This document shows positions 37,161-46,782 of a stretch of DNA of 64,000 nt, piece after piece. The notes below the pieces were generated by a model. It saw only the letters and a program-made list of their open reading frames with translations. It did not search any database and was not told where the DNA came from. The stretch spans positions 77 through 64,076 of the forward strand of contig JBKQRH010000013.1 in NCBI GenBank assembly GCA_052326045.1, written 5' to 3'. The DNA comes from Terracidiphilus sp. GTDB lineage: Bacteria; Acidobacteriota; Terriglobia; Terriglobales; Acidobacteriaceae. Each line of letters starts with the position of its first letter. Position 1 is the first letter of the stretch. The position numbers and the translations under genes were made by a program.

Positions 37161-38183
37161 ATGAAGAGAGCCATGTGGAGTATCGCCGGGCTCGCTTTGG
37201 CGGCTCTGGGAATGGTGTTCTATCTATGGTTCACCCCCGGGCGCACGCCCGCCATCCACGAGCCCAACAGTATCGCATCGCTGGAACGCATCCGCATCGG
37301 CGGCGTAGATCAATACATTCTCATTCGCGGAAACGATTCTTCGCTCCCGGTTTTGCTCTTCCTGCACGGTGGTCCCGGGATGCCCGCCATGTATCTGGTT
37401 CACGCCTTTCAGCGTGAACTTGAAAAAGAATTCGTGGTAGTCCAGTGGGATCGCCGGGCTGCCGGCAAGTCCTATCGCGAAGACATTAACGGCACACTCA
37501 CGACGGAACAACTTGTCGCGGACACGGTTGAATTGACCAATGTACTTCGCGCCCGGTTCCATCAGGACAAGATTTATCTTGTAGGACACTCCTGGGGAAG
37601 TTATCTGGGAATGCTGGTCATTGCGCGACATCCAGAGCTTTACCGCGCCTATGTCGGGATAGGGCAGCTCGCTCGCAATGCCCCTATCAACGGAATTCAG
37701 GATGAATATATTCGCCAGAATGCAAGACGCATGGGGGATCGGAACGCGATCAAGGAACTGGACGAGAAGGGCGCGAGCGTCCGGGAAATGCTGCTCTTCA
37801 AATTTGGGGGTGAGATTCATCATGCAAAGTCGTTTACACCGCTATTGCTGACCGGGCTGGCGGCTCCCGAGTATAGCCTTCGCGATGCACGCAACGTCCC
37901 GAAGGGCGTGTCGCTGTATTCGAAACATCTCGTTTACAACTCAATTTCGGGCGAACTGATGGATGCCATTACACACGTCGAGATTCCCATCTATTTCTTT
38001 ACCGGTCGCTATGATTACTGCGACCCATTTAGTCTTACGGAAGAGTACTTCTCCAAGATTGATGCGCCGGAGAAGCACATTGTATGGTTTGAAGAGTCTG
38101 CACATTTTCCATTCTATGAGGAGCCAGAAGCCTTCGCACGGCAGATGCAAAGAGTGCTCGACGCAACCCGTCACACGAGGTGA
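37161..38183 (+). CDS. Alpha/beta hydrolase (prolyl aminopeptidase-like), N-terminal membrane anchor
   Basis: FLHGGPG, WDRR.AGKS, GHSWG, GRYD, ESAHFPF.EEP. Confidence 0.92.
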   Translation: MKRAMWSIAGLALAALGMVFYLWFTPGRTPAIHEPNSIASLERIRIGGVDQYILIRGNDSSLPVLLFLHGGPGMPAMYLVHAFQRELEKEFVVVQWDRRAAGKSYREDINGTLTTEQLVADTVELTNVLRARFHQDKIYLVGHSWGSYLGMLVIARHPELYRAYVGIGQLARNAPINGIQDEYIRQNARRMGDRNAIKELDEKGASVREMLLFKFGGEIHHAKSFTPLLLTGLAAPEYSLRDARNVPKGVSLYSKHLVYNSISGELMDAITHVEIPIYFFTGRYDYCDPFSLTEEYFSKIDAPEKHIVWFEESAHFPFYEEPEAFARQMQRVLDATRHTR

Positions 38184-38343
38184 CTGACCGTGTAACCGTT
38201 ACCGGGAGCACACGGTGGGCCGCGTGGGTGGCACGTCTGGATTCGCCCTTTTGTTTGACAGAGTGGAATCGCCGTATCCCCTTCCCCAGTTCCGCACACC
38301 TTCGGAGGCAGGCGTGCCCAGCCGCATCCTTCGAGGAGGAACC

Positions 38344-39033
38344 ATGCACATCCCAGCTCGTTTCGCTCTCACGCGGCCTGCCGCCCTGCTTGCACTCATC
38401 ACCCTGGCGTGGGGCGCGCAGCTTGTGGCCTGTCACTCTCCGGGCGCCACGTCCGTCCTGGCTGGGGAGTTGCAGCCCATCCAGTTGCCCCAGCCGCAGA
38501 TCGCCGCCGGCATGCCGCTGATGCAGGCCCTGGCCAAGCGCCAAACCACGCGCGCCTTCCTGGACCAGCCGCTCCCTGTGCAAACGCTCTCTAACCTGCT
38601 GTGGGCGGCCTTTGGCGTCAACCGGCCGCGCGACGTGAAGCCGGGGCTGGGTCGAACCGCGCCCTCGGCCATGAACAGCCAGGACATCGAACTGGACGTG
38701 GTTCTCGCCAGCGGAGTCTACGTCTACGAGGCGGAGGCAAACCGGCTGCGCCCGGTTCTGGCGGGAGACATTCGCGCCAAGATCGGCGCGCCGCCCGCAG
38801 ACCACGCGGCCGTGACCATTGTTTACGTGGCCGCCGCCAAGGACGGCTGGGCCCAGGTCGACACGGGCTTCATCGGCCAGAACGTGTATCTGTTTGCGGC
38901 CTCCGAGGGGCTGAACGCCTGGTTCTACTCCTTCCACGGCCCGCAGGAGACAATAGCCGTGGCCGCGGCTTTGAAACTGCCCGAAGGACGGCAGCCCCTG
39001 TACGCGCAATCGGTCGGCTACCCGCCCAAGTAG
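38344..39033 (+). CDS. Nitroreductase-family (SagB/ThcOx-like) protein, possible lipoprotein
   Basis: GAGGAGG RBS; LVAC; LAKRQTTRAF, LSNLLWAAFG, RTAPSA.N.Q, QNVYLFAASEGL. Confidence 0.88.
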   Translation: MHIPARFALTRPAALLALITLAWGAQLVACHSPGATSVLAGELQPIQLPQPQIAAGMPLMQALAKRQTTRAFLDQPLPVQTLSNLLWAAFGVNRPRDVKPGLGRTAPSAMNSQDIELDVVLASGVYVYEAEANRLRPVLAGDIRAKIGAPPADHAAVTIVYVAAAKDGWAQVDTGFIGQNVYLFAASEGLNAWFYSFHGPQETIAVAAALKLPEGRQPLYAQSVGYPPK

Positions 39034-39175
39034 CGCGATTTTCGGTGCTGGGTCAGTTTCCGGATGGCCGGCAATCCAAGAGTTACCTCATTCCCGGACC
39101 CTGGGGCGAGGCGCCCCGCCCGGGATAGAAAAGCGCTTTACTCCGGTAGGAGCGCGAAGATAGACTTGTCCCGCA

Positions 39176-40708
39176 ATGATCACACGCCGCCGTTTTGTCT
39201 GGAATGCTTCTGTCGTCTCCGCTGCTTTGACTGTTGTTCCTAAAACCCATCTGGCCTTGGCTCAGGCCGTCACGGACATGTACCACAACCCGATCATGGG
39301 CGGAGACCACCCCGACGGCAGTCCCATCCGCGCCGGCGACGACTTCTATCTCACTCACTCGAGCTTCGACTACGTGCCCGGCCTGCTGATTTGGCACTCG
39401 CGAGACCTGATTAACTGGCGCCCCGCAGCCGCCGCCCTTCACGGCTATTACGGCGTCGTGTGGGCTCCTTACCTGTGCGAGTATGAAGGGCATTTCTACA
39501 TCTATTTCCCGGCCGCCGGACGAATCCAGGTAGTCCACGCCGATCATCCCTCAGGCCCGTGGAGCGAGCCCATCGACCTCGGGATCATTGCAATTGACCC
39601 CGCGCACATAGCCGAGAATGGCCGCCGCTTTCTTTACCTTGTCGGCGGCCAGATGGCAGAGCTGACCGCGGACGGCCTCGCCGTCAAATCACCGCCGCGG
39701 ACGGTGTTCAAACCCTGGCCGGTTCCGGCCACTACGCGGATGGAATGCACCTGCCTGGAAGGTCCGAAGCTGCTCCAGCACAATGGCTACTATTACCTGA
39801 ACGTTGCCGAAGGCGGCACAGCGGGGCCAGCCACCAGCCACTCCGTGATCAGCGCTCGCAGCCGCCACGCTGAAGGTCCCTGGGAGCTTTCTCCGTACAA
39901 CCCTGTGGTGCATACCGCGTCACGCGAAGATCGCTGGTTGAGCCTTGGCCACGGCCGCCTGGTCGACACTCCTGACGGCAAGTGGTACATGACTGTGCAT
40001 GCGTATGAAAGCGGCTACCGCGCTCTGGGCCGCCAGTTGTTATTGCTGCCGGTTGAGTGGACCGCCGACGGCTGGTTCCGCGTGCCGGCGGGCATTACAG
40101 CGGATTCAGCCATTCCAATGCCCATCCCGGGCGCCAGCCAACAGCCGTTCGTTGATCCCTCCGACGACTTCACCAGCCCGGAACTCGGCCTGCAATGGGG
40201 CTTCTGGCACGAGTACGATCCGACGCGCTTCACCACTGGAAAGGGCTCACTCATGCTCATGGCCCGCGGCAAATCTCTTACGGATGCATCGATCCTGACC
40301 ACGGCAGTTGGCGGCCACTCCTACACTGTGGAAGTAGATGTCGAAGTCGAGCCGGGATGCGAGTCAGGGCTGATGCTCTTTTACAACCCGGAGCATGCCA
40401 CCGGGATTACGTTGGGCCCTGAGGGCATCAATGCGCGGCTCGCCAATAACTCGGTGCAGACATACCAGGAGAAGGGCGCGACGCGCGCAACACTGCGCAT
40501 CGTCAACGACCGCCAGGAAGTGGATTTCTACTTTTGTATACCCGGCAAGCCCTGGCAGCGCGTGCCGGAATCCGCCGAGATATCGGGAATGCACCACAAC
40601 GTGCTGGGCGGCTTTCTTGATGTGCGGCCCGCCGTCTACGCTTGCGGCTCCGGCAAAGCCACGTTGCGCAATTTTCGGTATTGGCCGGAGGTCAATGTGC
40701 CAGTGTAG
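39176..40708 (+). CDS. GH43 beta-xylosidase/arabinofuranosidase with Tat signal
   Basis: TRRRFV; NPIMGGDHPD, WHSRDLINW, WAP, IDP, LEGP, GHG.LV; C-terminal beta-sandwich. Confidence 0.93.
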   Translation: MITRRRFVWNASVVSAALTVVPKTHLALAQAVTDMYHNPIMGGDHPDGSPIRAGDDFYLTHSSFDYVPGLLIWHSRDLINWRPAAAALHGYYGVVWAPYLCEYEGHFYIYFPAAGRIQVVHADHPSGPWSEPIDLGIIAIDPAHIAENGRRFLYLVGGQMAELTADGLAVKSPPRTVFKPWPVPATTRMECTCLEGPKLLQHNGYYYLNVAEGGTAGPATSHSVISARSRHAEGPWELSPYNPVVHTASREDRWLSLGHGRLVDTPDGKWYMTVHAYESGYRALGRQLLLLPVEWTADGWFRVPAGITADSAIPMPIPGASQQPFVDPSDDFTSPELGLQWGFWHEYDPTRFTTGKGSLMLMARGKSLTDASILTTAVGGHSYTVEVDVEVEPGCESGLMLFYNPEHATGITLGPEGINARLANNSVQTYQEKGATRATLRIVNDRQEVDFYFCIPGKPWQRVPESAEISGMHHNVLGGFLDVRPAVYACGSGKATLRNFRYWPEVNVPV

Positions 40709-40863
40709 GAAACGCACTAAGCGGCAGAAGCGGCGGAGCGTGCTCCCGCGCCATTCGACTGGCACGGCCCGCGCGAGTTGTGATTGAATCGAATGTGTGA
40801 GCGGCTGAGCCAGGAGGCCATCAAAAATCTGGCGCGGCACGCCCGATGAACTGGAGAGACGAG

Positions 40864-41142
40864 ATGGCAAATTCCCTGCTTCCGCCCGAAGAGCGCGACC
40901 TGACCCCCGACCAGGTGGAGGCGCTGGACAAGCGGCGCGACCTGGGTCACACCTTCCTGGTCATCGCCGGGCAGTTTGCGGTGATCGCCGTCATTCTGCT
41001 GCTCTGGATTGGCCAGGACCTGACTTACTCGCCGGGATGGGCGCATCCCATCGCCTATTACTTCGCCATCGTGCTGGCGATCATCGCGGTCTTCGGCGTC
41101 GCCGGCATCCTGCTGCGCAGGGGGACGCCGCGGATCGACTGA
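40864..41142 (+). CDS. Small two-TM membrane protein
   Basis: Two hydrophobic helices; GC3-rich codons; GGAGAG upstream. Confidence 0.7.
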   Translation: MANSLLPPEERDLTPDQVEALDKRRDLGHTFLVIAGQFAVIAVILLLWIGQDLTYSPGWAHPIAYYFAIVLAIIAVFGVAGILLRRGTPRID

Positions 41143-41366
41143 GCCCGTTCCAGGGCCTGTTGCGGACCACGCCCCGCACAGGCCACGCACATTCGCTCAA
41201 GAACGGCATAGGGCATCCCGAACCGGGAGGCCGGGGCCGCAGCGCGGAGCTTCGCGCGCAAATTCCGGCGCGCCGTGGATCGACCCGGCCCTGCGCGCCG
41301 ATACCCTATCGAGGTTTAAGCTGGGTGTGACAGAATGCTCTTGAGACTTTCCCGATAGGCTCACGG

Positions 41367-42407
41367 ATGACCAACGAGGCGGTAAACCGCATCCCGCTCA
41401 AAGACTTGCTCGTCTTTCACCAGTTGGCGCGCTCGCTCACATCGAGCTTCGACCTGGACACCATCCTGCGCACAATTCTCGAGCACATGGAGCGGTTTAT
41501 CGAGGCGGAGTTGTGGACGCTGCTGATGCTCGACGACGCCAGCCAGGAGCTTTACTACGCGCTCGCCGCCGGCGGAGAACAGGAGGCGCTCCGCGACCTG
41601 CGCGTGAAGGTCGGCGAGGGCGTGGCCGGATGGGTGGCGCAGCACGGCGAGACGCTGATCGTTCCCGAGTCGGAGGACGATCCGCGGCTGAAAAGGGAGC
41701 AGGCCGTCAAGCCGCACCCCGATAAAACGAGTGCGGTGCGCTCGGTGATTGCCATGCCGTTGCGGGGACGCAAAGGCACGCACGGCGTGATCGAGATATT
41801 CAATCCGCGCGCCGACCAGATGACCGACTACACCATCGCGTTTCTGCACATTCTGGCCGACCACGCGGCCATCGCCATCGAGAACGCGCGCGACGTGGCC
41901 CGCATCCAGCAGTTGAGCATCACCGACGACTGCACCGGCCTTTACAACGCGCGCCATCTCTACGATGTGCTGGGCCGGGAGCTGGAACGCTGCGGCCGCC
42001 TGGGGCTGCCGGTGAGCCTGGCCTTTCTTGACCTGGACCAGTTCAAGCTGGTGAACGACGCCCACGGCCACCTGGTGGGCAGCGAGCTGCTGGCCCGCAC
42101 CGGGCAGCGCCTCCGGGAGTTGAGCCGCAAGCAGGACTGTTGCTACCGCTACGGCGGCGACGAGTTCGTGGTCCTGATGCCGGAGACCGGTCAGCAGGCC
42201 GCGCTGGCCCAGGCCACGGAACTGAACCGGGCGCTGATGGAGACCAGGTTCCGGATGAGGAATCGAATTGAGCTGCGCGTCAGCGCCAGCGTGGGAGTGG
42301 CCACGAGTCCCGCCGACGGCGCCACCGTCCACGCCATCATCGGAGTGGCCGACACGCGTATGTACGCGGTGAAGAGCGATGGCCCCGGCCAGGTGCGCGG
42401 AGCGTAG
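41367..42407 (+). CDS. GAF + GGDEF diguanylate cyclase
   Basis: GEGVAGWV (GAF); TDDCTGLYN, DLDQFK.VND.HGH, RKQD I-site, RYGGDEF. Confidence 0.95.
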   Translation: MTNEAVNRIPLKDLLVFHQLARSLTSSFDLDTILRTILEHMERFIEAELWTLLMLDDASQELYYALAAGGEQEALRDLRVKVGEGVAGWVAQHGETLIVPESEDDPRLKREQAVKPHPDKTSAVRSVIAMPLRGRKGTHGVIEIFNPRADQMTDYTIAFLHILADHAAIAIENARDVARIQQLSITDDCTGLYNARHLYDVLGRELERCGRLGLPVSLAFLDLDQFKLVNDAHGHLVGSELLARTGQRLRELSRKQDCCYRYGGDEFVVLMPETGQQAALAQATELNRALMETRFRMRNRIELRVSASVGVATSPADGATVHAIIGVADTRMYAVKSDGPGQVRGA

Positions 42408-42549
42408 ACTCTTTCGTCCGCCCCGCGAAGCACATTCAGCGCCAAACCCTGTAAACGATCTAAAAATTGAGCAAATTGTTACATTCTGTTGCAGAGCGAG
42501 CCGGTAGACTGGCTTTCGTGGCTTCCCAGGAAGTTCCGGAGCGTCCCCC

Positions 42550-44193
42550 ATGAACACGACGGCCAACCCACTCAAACACTTCTGCGTACGGCCGATGACC
42601 CTCGACGATATCCCAGCGGTCATCGATCTGCAGGTACGCGCCTTTCCCGGCAAGCCGCCTTGGGGGTCCGAGCAGTTGGCGCATCATATCGAGATCTTCC
42701 CCGAGGGCCAACTTGTAGCCGTGGACGAGACGGGCCTCGTCCTGGGTTCAGCCAGCTCACTGATTATCGACTGGGACGATTACGCCGAGTCCGCCAACTG
42801 GTCGGTCATCACAGGGCATGGCAACTTCGATACCCACAACCCTCTTGGCAAGACCCTTTATGGCGCCGATATGGGCGTCGCCCCCGAGGCGCGCAAACAG
42901 GGCATCGGCGCGCTCCTCTACGAGGCGCGCAAGGACCTGATCCGGGAGCGTGGACTCAAGCGGCTGCTCACCGGCGGCCGCATCGCAGGGTACGACGAAG
43001 TCGGTGAACAATTGACGCCGAAGGAATTCGTGGCCGAGGTGGTCGCCGGCAAACGATGGGACCCAGCGCTCACCTTCCAGCTCGAAAACGGACTGGTGGT
43101 CCTGGATGTGGTTCCGGAATACATGCACGACATCGAATCGCGCGGCTTCGCCACCGTGCTCGAATGGCTGAACCCGGAGTACACCTCTTCGGTCAGCCTG
43201 CAGGCGAGCCTGCAGCACGCAGCCCTGGAACAGGCCGCCGCCGAAGCCATGCGCGGTACTCCGCGCCCACGCCGCGTTCGCATCGCCGCCGTCCAGTACC
43301 TGCTCCGGCCCATCGCCAGCATTGAAGACTTCGTTCACCAGGTTGAGTTTTTTGTTCACAGCGCCAAGGACTACTACGCCCACTTCGTCCTGTTTCCCGA
43401 GTACTTCACCATGCAGCTTCTCAGCTACATCAATGAGCCCGCCCCGGCCCTGGCCGTGCGCCGCCTGGCCCGCCTGACGCCCGAATACGAGGCGCTGTTT
43501 ATGCGCCTGGCCAAAGAAACGGGCATCTATATCATCGGTGGAACCCATCCCGTCTTTCAGAGGGGCAAGGTCTTCAACGCCGCGCATCTGTTCACGCCCA
43601 ATGGGCAGGTCTTCCGCCAGAAAAAAGTCCACCTGACCTCCACCGAGAGCGGCCCCTATCAGCTCAGCCGCGGCCACGGCCTCTACCTGTACCACACCGA
43701 CTTCGGCAACATCGCCATCCTCATCTGCTACGACATCGAGTTTCCCGAGGTGGCCAGGGTGATGGCTGAGGCCGGCGCCGAGATTCTGTTCGTTCCCTCC
43801 TGCACCGACGGCCGCGAGGGCTTCTGCCGCGTCCGCTACTGCGCCCAGGCCCGCGCCATCGAGAACCAGATCTACGTCGCCATGACCGGAACCGTGGGCA
43901 ATCTTCCCCTGGTGCCCTACATGGCCACCAACTACGGCCAGGCCGCTATTCTCACTCCCTCGGACTACTTCTTCGCTAGGGATGGTATCGCCGCCGAGGG
44001 CACCATCAACCAGGAACAACTGGTGGTCGCCGACGTCGATCTCGATCTGCTGGACGAACAGCGGGTCAACGGCAGCGTCATTCCGCTGCAGGACCTGATT
44101 AAAGACGCCTACGACAGCGTGGTCCACTACTCCGACTACAAAGGCCAAAAGCCGGTCGAGCCAGAGCTGCACGAGATTGTGCTTAGCAAATGA
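42550..44193 (+). CDS. GNAT acetyltransferase / carbon-nitrogen hydrolase fusion
   Basis: V.PEARKQGIG (GNAT); nitrilase triad FPEY, KKVH, ICYDIEFPE; ARAIENQ. Confidence 0.93.
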   Translation: MNTTANPLKHFCVRPMTLDDIPAVIDLQVRAFPGKPPWGSEQLAHHIEIFPEGQLVAVDETGLVLGSASSLIIDWDDYAESANWSVITGHGNFDTHNPLGKTLYGADMGVAPEARKQGIGALLYEARKDLIRERGLKRLLTGGRIAGYDEVGEQLTPKEFVAEVVAGKRWDPALTFQLENGLVVLDVVPEYMHDIESRGFATVLEWLNPEYTSSVSLQASLQHAALEQAAAEAMRGTPRPRRVRIAAVQYLLRPIASIEDFVHQVEFFVHSAKDYYAHFVLFPEYFTMQLLSYINEPAPALAVRRLARLTPEYEALFMRLAKETGIYIIGGTHPVFQRGKVFNAAHLFTPNGQVFRQKKVHLTSTESGPYQLSRGHGLYLYHTDFGNIAILICYDIEFPEVARVMAEAGAEILFVPSCTDGREGFCRVRYCAQARAIENQIYVAMTGTVGNLPLVPYMATNYGQAAILTPSDYFFARDGIAAEGTINQEQLVVADVDLDLLDEQRVNGSVIPLQDLIKDAYDSVVHYSDYKGQKPVEPELHEIVLSK

Positions 44194-44329
44194 CGGCGGC
44201 TGTTGAGAGGAAAAAGCGGAACCGCGGGCCTTTGTTGCACGTGCAGCTTGCCAACCGAGCACGAGCGCACTATTCATCTGCGTCTGAAGATTTTTCCGTG
44301 ATCTGATCCCCGGCCAGTCACCCCAGCGA

Positions 44330-45481
44330 CTAAGACCTGTCGCTGGGGATCCCGGCCAGCCGCTGCAACTGGTTGCGCCAGTCCAGAGATTCGACGAAGC
44401 TGCGCGATTCGCGCCAATTGGGCTCGACGATGATATGCAGCTCCAGATAAACGCGGGTGCCGAGCAGGGACTCGATCTTCCGCCGCGCGCCGGTGCCGAT
44501 CTCCTTCAATTTTGCGCCGCCTTTGCCGATCAGGATCGCCTTCTGGCCCTCGCGTTCACAGTAGATGGCCGCGGCGATGCGGGTGAGCGGTTTTCTGCTC
44601 GTTTTGGACGAGAGCATCGGTTCGGGTTCCTCGAATTGCTCGATGACCACCGCCGAGGCGTAGGGAACTTCTTCGCCGGTTTCGGCCAGGATGCTCTCGC
44701 GAATCAGCTCGGCGGCCATGAAGCGCTGGGACTGGTCGGTGTACTGATCCTGGGGGTAGTAGCGCTCGCCAGTGGGCAGGACTTCGACGATTTTGCGCAC
44801 CAGCAGATCGAGGCCGTCGCGCTTACGGGCGCTGACGGGAATGACCTGGGCGAATTTGAACTGGCGGGTCAGCGTATCGATCAGCGGCAGCAGATGGTCT
44901 TTGGGAACCAAGTCGATCTTGGTGGGCACCAGGAAGACCGGGCAGTCCAACTTGCGGATGAGGCCGAAGAGAAACTCGTCCTCGCTGGCCCAATTGGTGC
45001 GTTCGCGCTTGGGGTTTGAAGCGGGCGGGTCTGAAATCCCAGGTCTCAAGGACGAGACCTGGGGCACCCGTGCGGTCGTGGAATCCCAGGTCTCTCCGCT
45101 GCGGCGGACGAGACCTGGGGCACCCAGTTCTTTGGCGGGTTCCGCCGCCGCTTCCAGTTGCACGCGGCGGGTGGCGTCCATCAGCACCAGCACCAGGTCG
45201 CGGGTCTCCAAGGCCGCGTAGACCTCCTGCAACATGCGGCGGTCCAACTGCGAGCCGGGCTTGTGGACGCCGGGCGTATCGACAAAAACGATCTGCGCCG
45301 CCGGGTGCGAATCTCGCCGCGCGCCCTTGCGCGCCGCAACCTCGACCACCCCGGCGATGCGGTTGCGCGTGGTCTGCGGCTTGGCGGAGACGATGGCCAC
45401 CTTTTCGCCAATCAGGGCGTTCAGCAGCGTGCTTTTGCCGGAGTTCGGCCGGCCGAGAATAGCGACAAATCCGGATTTCAA
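44330..45481 (-). CDS. era: GTPase Era, carrying a ~55-aa REP-containing insertion
   Basis: GRPNSGKST, KPQTTR, DTPG, TKID, PVSA, EEVPY, KH domain ILIGKGG, WR. Confidence 0.96.
   Translation of the reverse strand: MKSGFVAILGRPNSGKSTLLNALIGEKVAIVSAKPQTTRNRIAGVVEVAARKGARRDSHPAAQIVFVDTPGVHKPGSQLDRRMLQEVYAALETRDLVLVLMDATRRVQLEAAAEPAKELGAPGLVRRSGETWDSTTARVPQVSSLRPGISDPPASNPKRERTNWASEDEFLFGLIRKLDCPVFLVPTKIDLVPKDHLLPLIDTLTRQFKFAQVIPVSARKRDGLDLLVRKIVEVLPTGERYYPQDQYTDQSQRFMAAELIRESILAETGEEVPYASAVVIEQFEEPEPMLSSKTSRKPLTRIAAAIYCEREGQKAILIGKGGAKLKEIGTGARRKIESLLGTRVYLELHIIVEPNWRESRSFVESLDWRNQLQRLAGIPSDRS
45035..45125 (-). repeat. Two tandem REP-like palindromes inside era (45035-45069, 45082-45125)
   Basis: aatCCCAGGTCTC-loop-GAGACCTGGGgcaccc twice; same family as 32502-32534. 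Confidence 0.9.
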
Positions 45482-45548
45482 AGGGGGTGTGCGCTCCTAT
45501 CTAGCTATTATCGCGGATTCGCCGCTCAGGCGTTGATATCATCGGCCT

Positions 45549-46100
45549 ATGACCCCTGAAGGCACGACCGAAAGCCTCATCCTGCGCCCGCTGGAAATCG
45601 CCGACGCGGCCGAGATTCAGGAGCTGTTTCTGCACTGGGAGATTGTGCGCTATCTGCCGAATCAAGTGCCATGGCCCTATCCGCCCGACGGCGCGCTCCA
45701 CTTCTGCCGCGAGATTGCTCTGCCCAAGATGGAACGAGACGAGGAGTGGCACTGGACGCTTCGTCTGCGCGGCGAACCGGCGCAACTGATAGGGCACCTC
45801 AACCTGATGAAGGGCGAGGAAGACAATCGCGGCTTCTGGCTGTGCGCGCCGTGGCAAGGCCGGAGGCTGATGAGTGAAGCATGCGCCTGGGCCAACGACT
45901 TCTGGTTCGAGACACTCGGCTTCCCGGTTCTGCGAGTTATCAAAGCTGCCGCCAATATGTCTTCGCGGCGCATCTCCGAGCGGCAGGGAATGCGCCTGGT
46001 GGGCGTGATCGAGAAGGATTATGTCTCCGGCCGGCTGCCTTCCGAAGTTTGGGAGATCACGGCCGAGGAGTGGCAGGCGTGGAAGGGTGGTGGCAAATGA
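45549..46100 (+). CDS. GNAT N-acetyltransferase (RimJ/RimL-like)
   Basis: TESLILRPL, GFWL...WQGRRLMSEA, N..SRRI.ERQGM. Confidence 0.9.
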   Translation: MTPEGTTESLILRPLEIADAAEIQELFLHWEIVRYLPNQVPWPYPPDGALHFCREIALPKMERDEEWHWTLRLRGEPAQLIGHLNLMKGEEDNRGFWLCAPWQGRRLMSEACAWANDFWFETLGFPVLRVIKAAANMSSRRISERQGMRLVGVIEKDYVSGRLPSEVWEITAEEWQAWKGGGK

Positions 46101-46181
46101 AAGGTCTGTTGCGAAAGTATCCCACGAGATTTAGGCTCGCCTCGCCTTTCGCAATGAAGCCAGGGGCGGGGCGGTCGCTAT

Positions 46182-46745
46182 CTACCATTTCCAGTTACGA
46201 TGACCGTGGCGCAATAGCGAGAGGTATTCCCGCATGGTGAAGATTACGAGAAAAACAAACATCAGTCCCATAAGCAATCCAAATGCCTGCAATATCCACG
46301 AGTGAGCTTCCCAAAAGAAGAGAACAAGCCAGGACAGGTACGAAATCATATAAAGGGACAAGACAGCATTGGTGGCGTTAACGTGAGTCCACTTGATCTC
46401 AAATTGCTCTTCGCACTTCTCGATGGGAGAATCCTCTAGGCCAGAGGGGATCTTTTCCGTTTCCAATTCGAATGACTTCTTCTTTGCTCTGGCTCGATGG
46501 CCGAAGATGGAGGAACGCACCTCCATGATCCAAATCACGGCGCTAATCATCATCCCTAGCGAACCGATGGTCGAAGCCTTTGCAACTGCATTGGAGCTGT
46601 TGAGCGCGTTGAGGAGGAGCCCGTTCATCACAGCAAAAAGTGAAAGCTGTTTGAATCGCATATCCCCGAAGAAGCGGTGGTCATCGCATGCCTGTTTGTA
46701 TTGCTCCGCTTCCAATGGCGATTTCGCCCGAACTTGGTCACCCAC
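46182..46745 (-). CDS. Hypothetical ~4-TM membrane protein, lower GC
   Basis: GGGAGG upstream of GTG; four hydrophobic segments; AT-richer than flanks. Confidence 0.7.
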   Translation of the reverse strand: MGDQVRAKSPLEAEQYKQACDDHRFFGDMRFKQLSLFAVMNGLLLNALNSSNAVAKASTIGSLGMMISAVIWIMEVRSSIFGHRARAKKKSFELETEKIPSGLEDSPIEKCEEQFEIKWTHVNATNAVLSLYMISYLSWLVLFFWEAHSWILQAFGLLMGLMFVFLVIFTMREYLSLLRHGHRNWKW

Positions 46746-46782
46746 GGTACTGTACCTCCCTGCCTGCCATCTTCGATTCTAC

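Noticed and set aside
44980-45175. Intein or intron in era
   Set aside because: Too short, lacks intein C/S...HN termini or intron structure, and is largely explained by the REP copies
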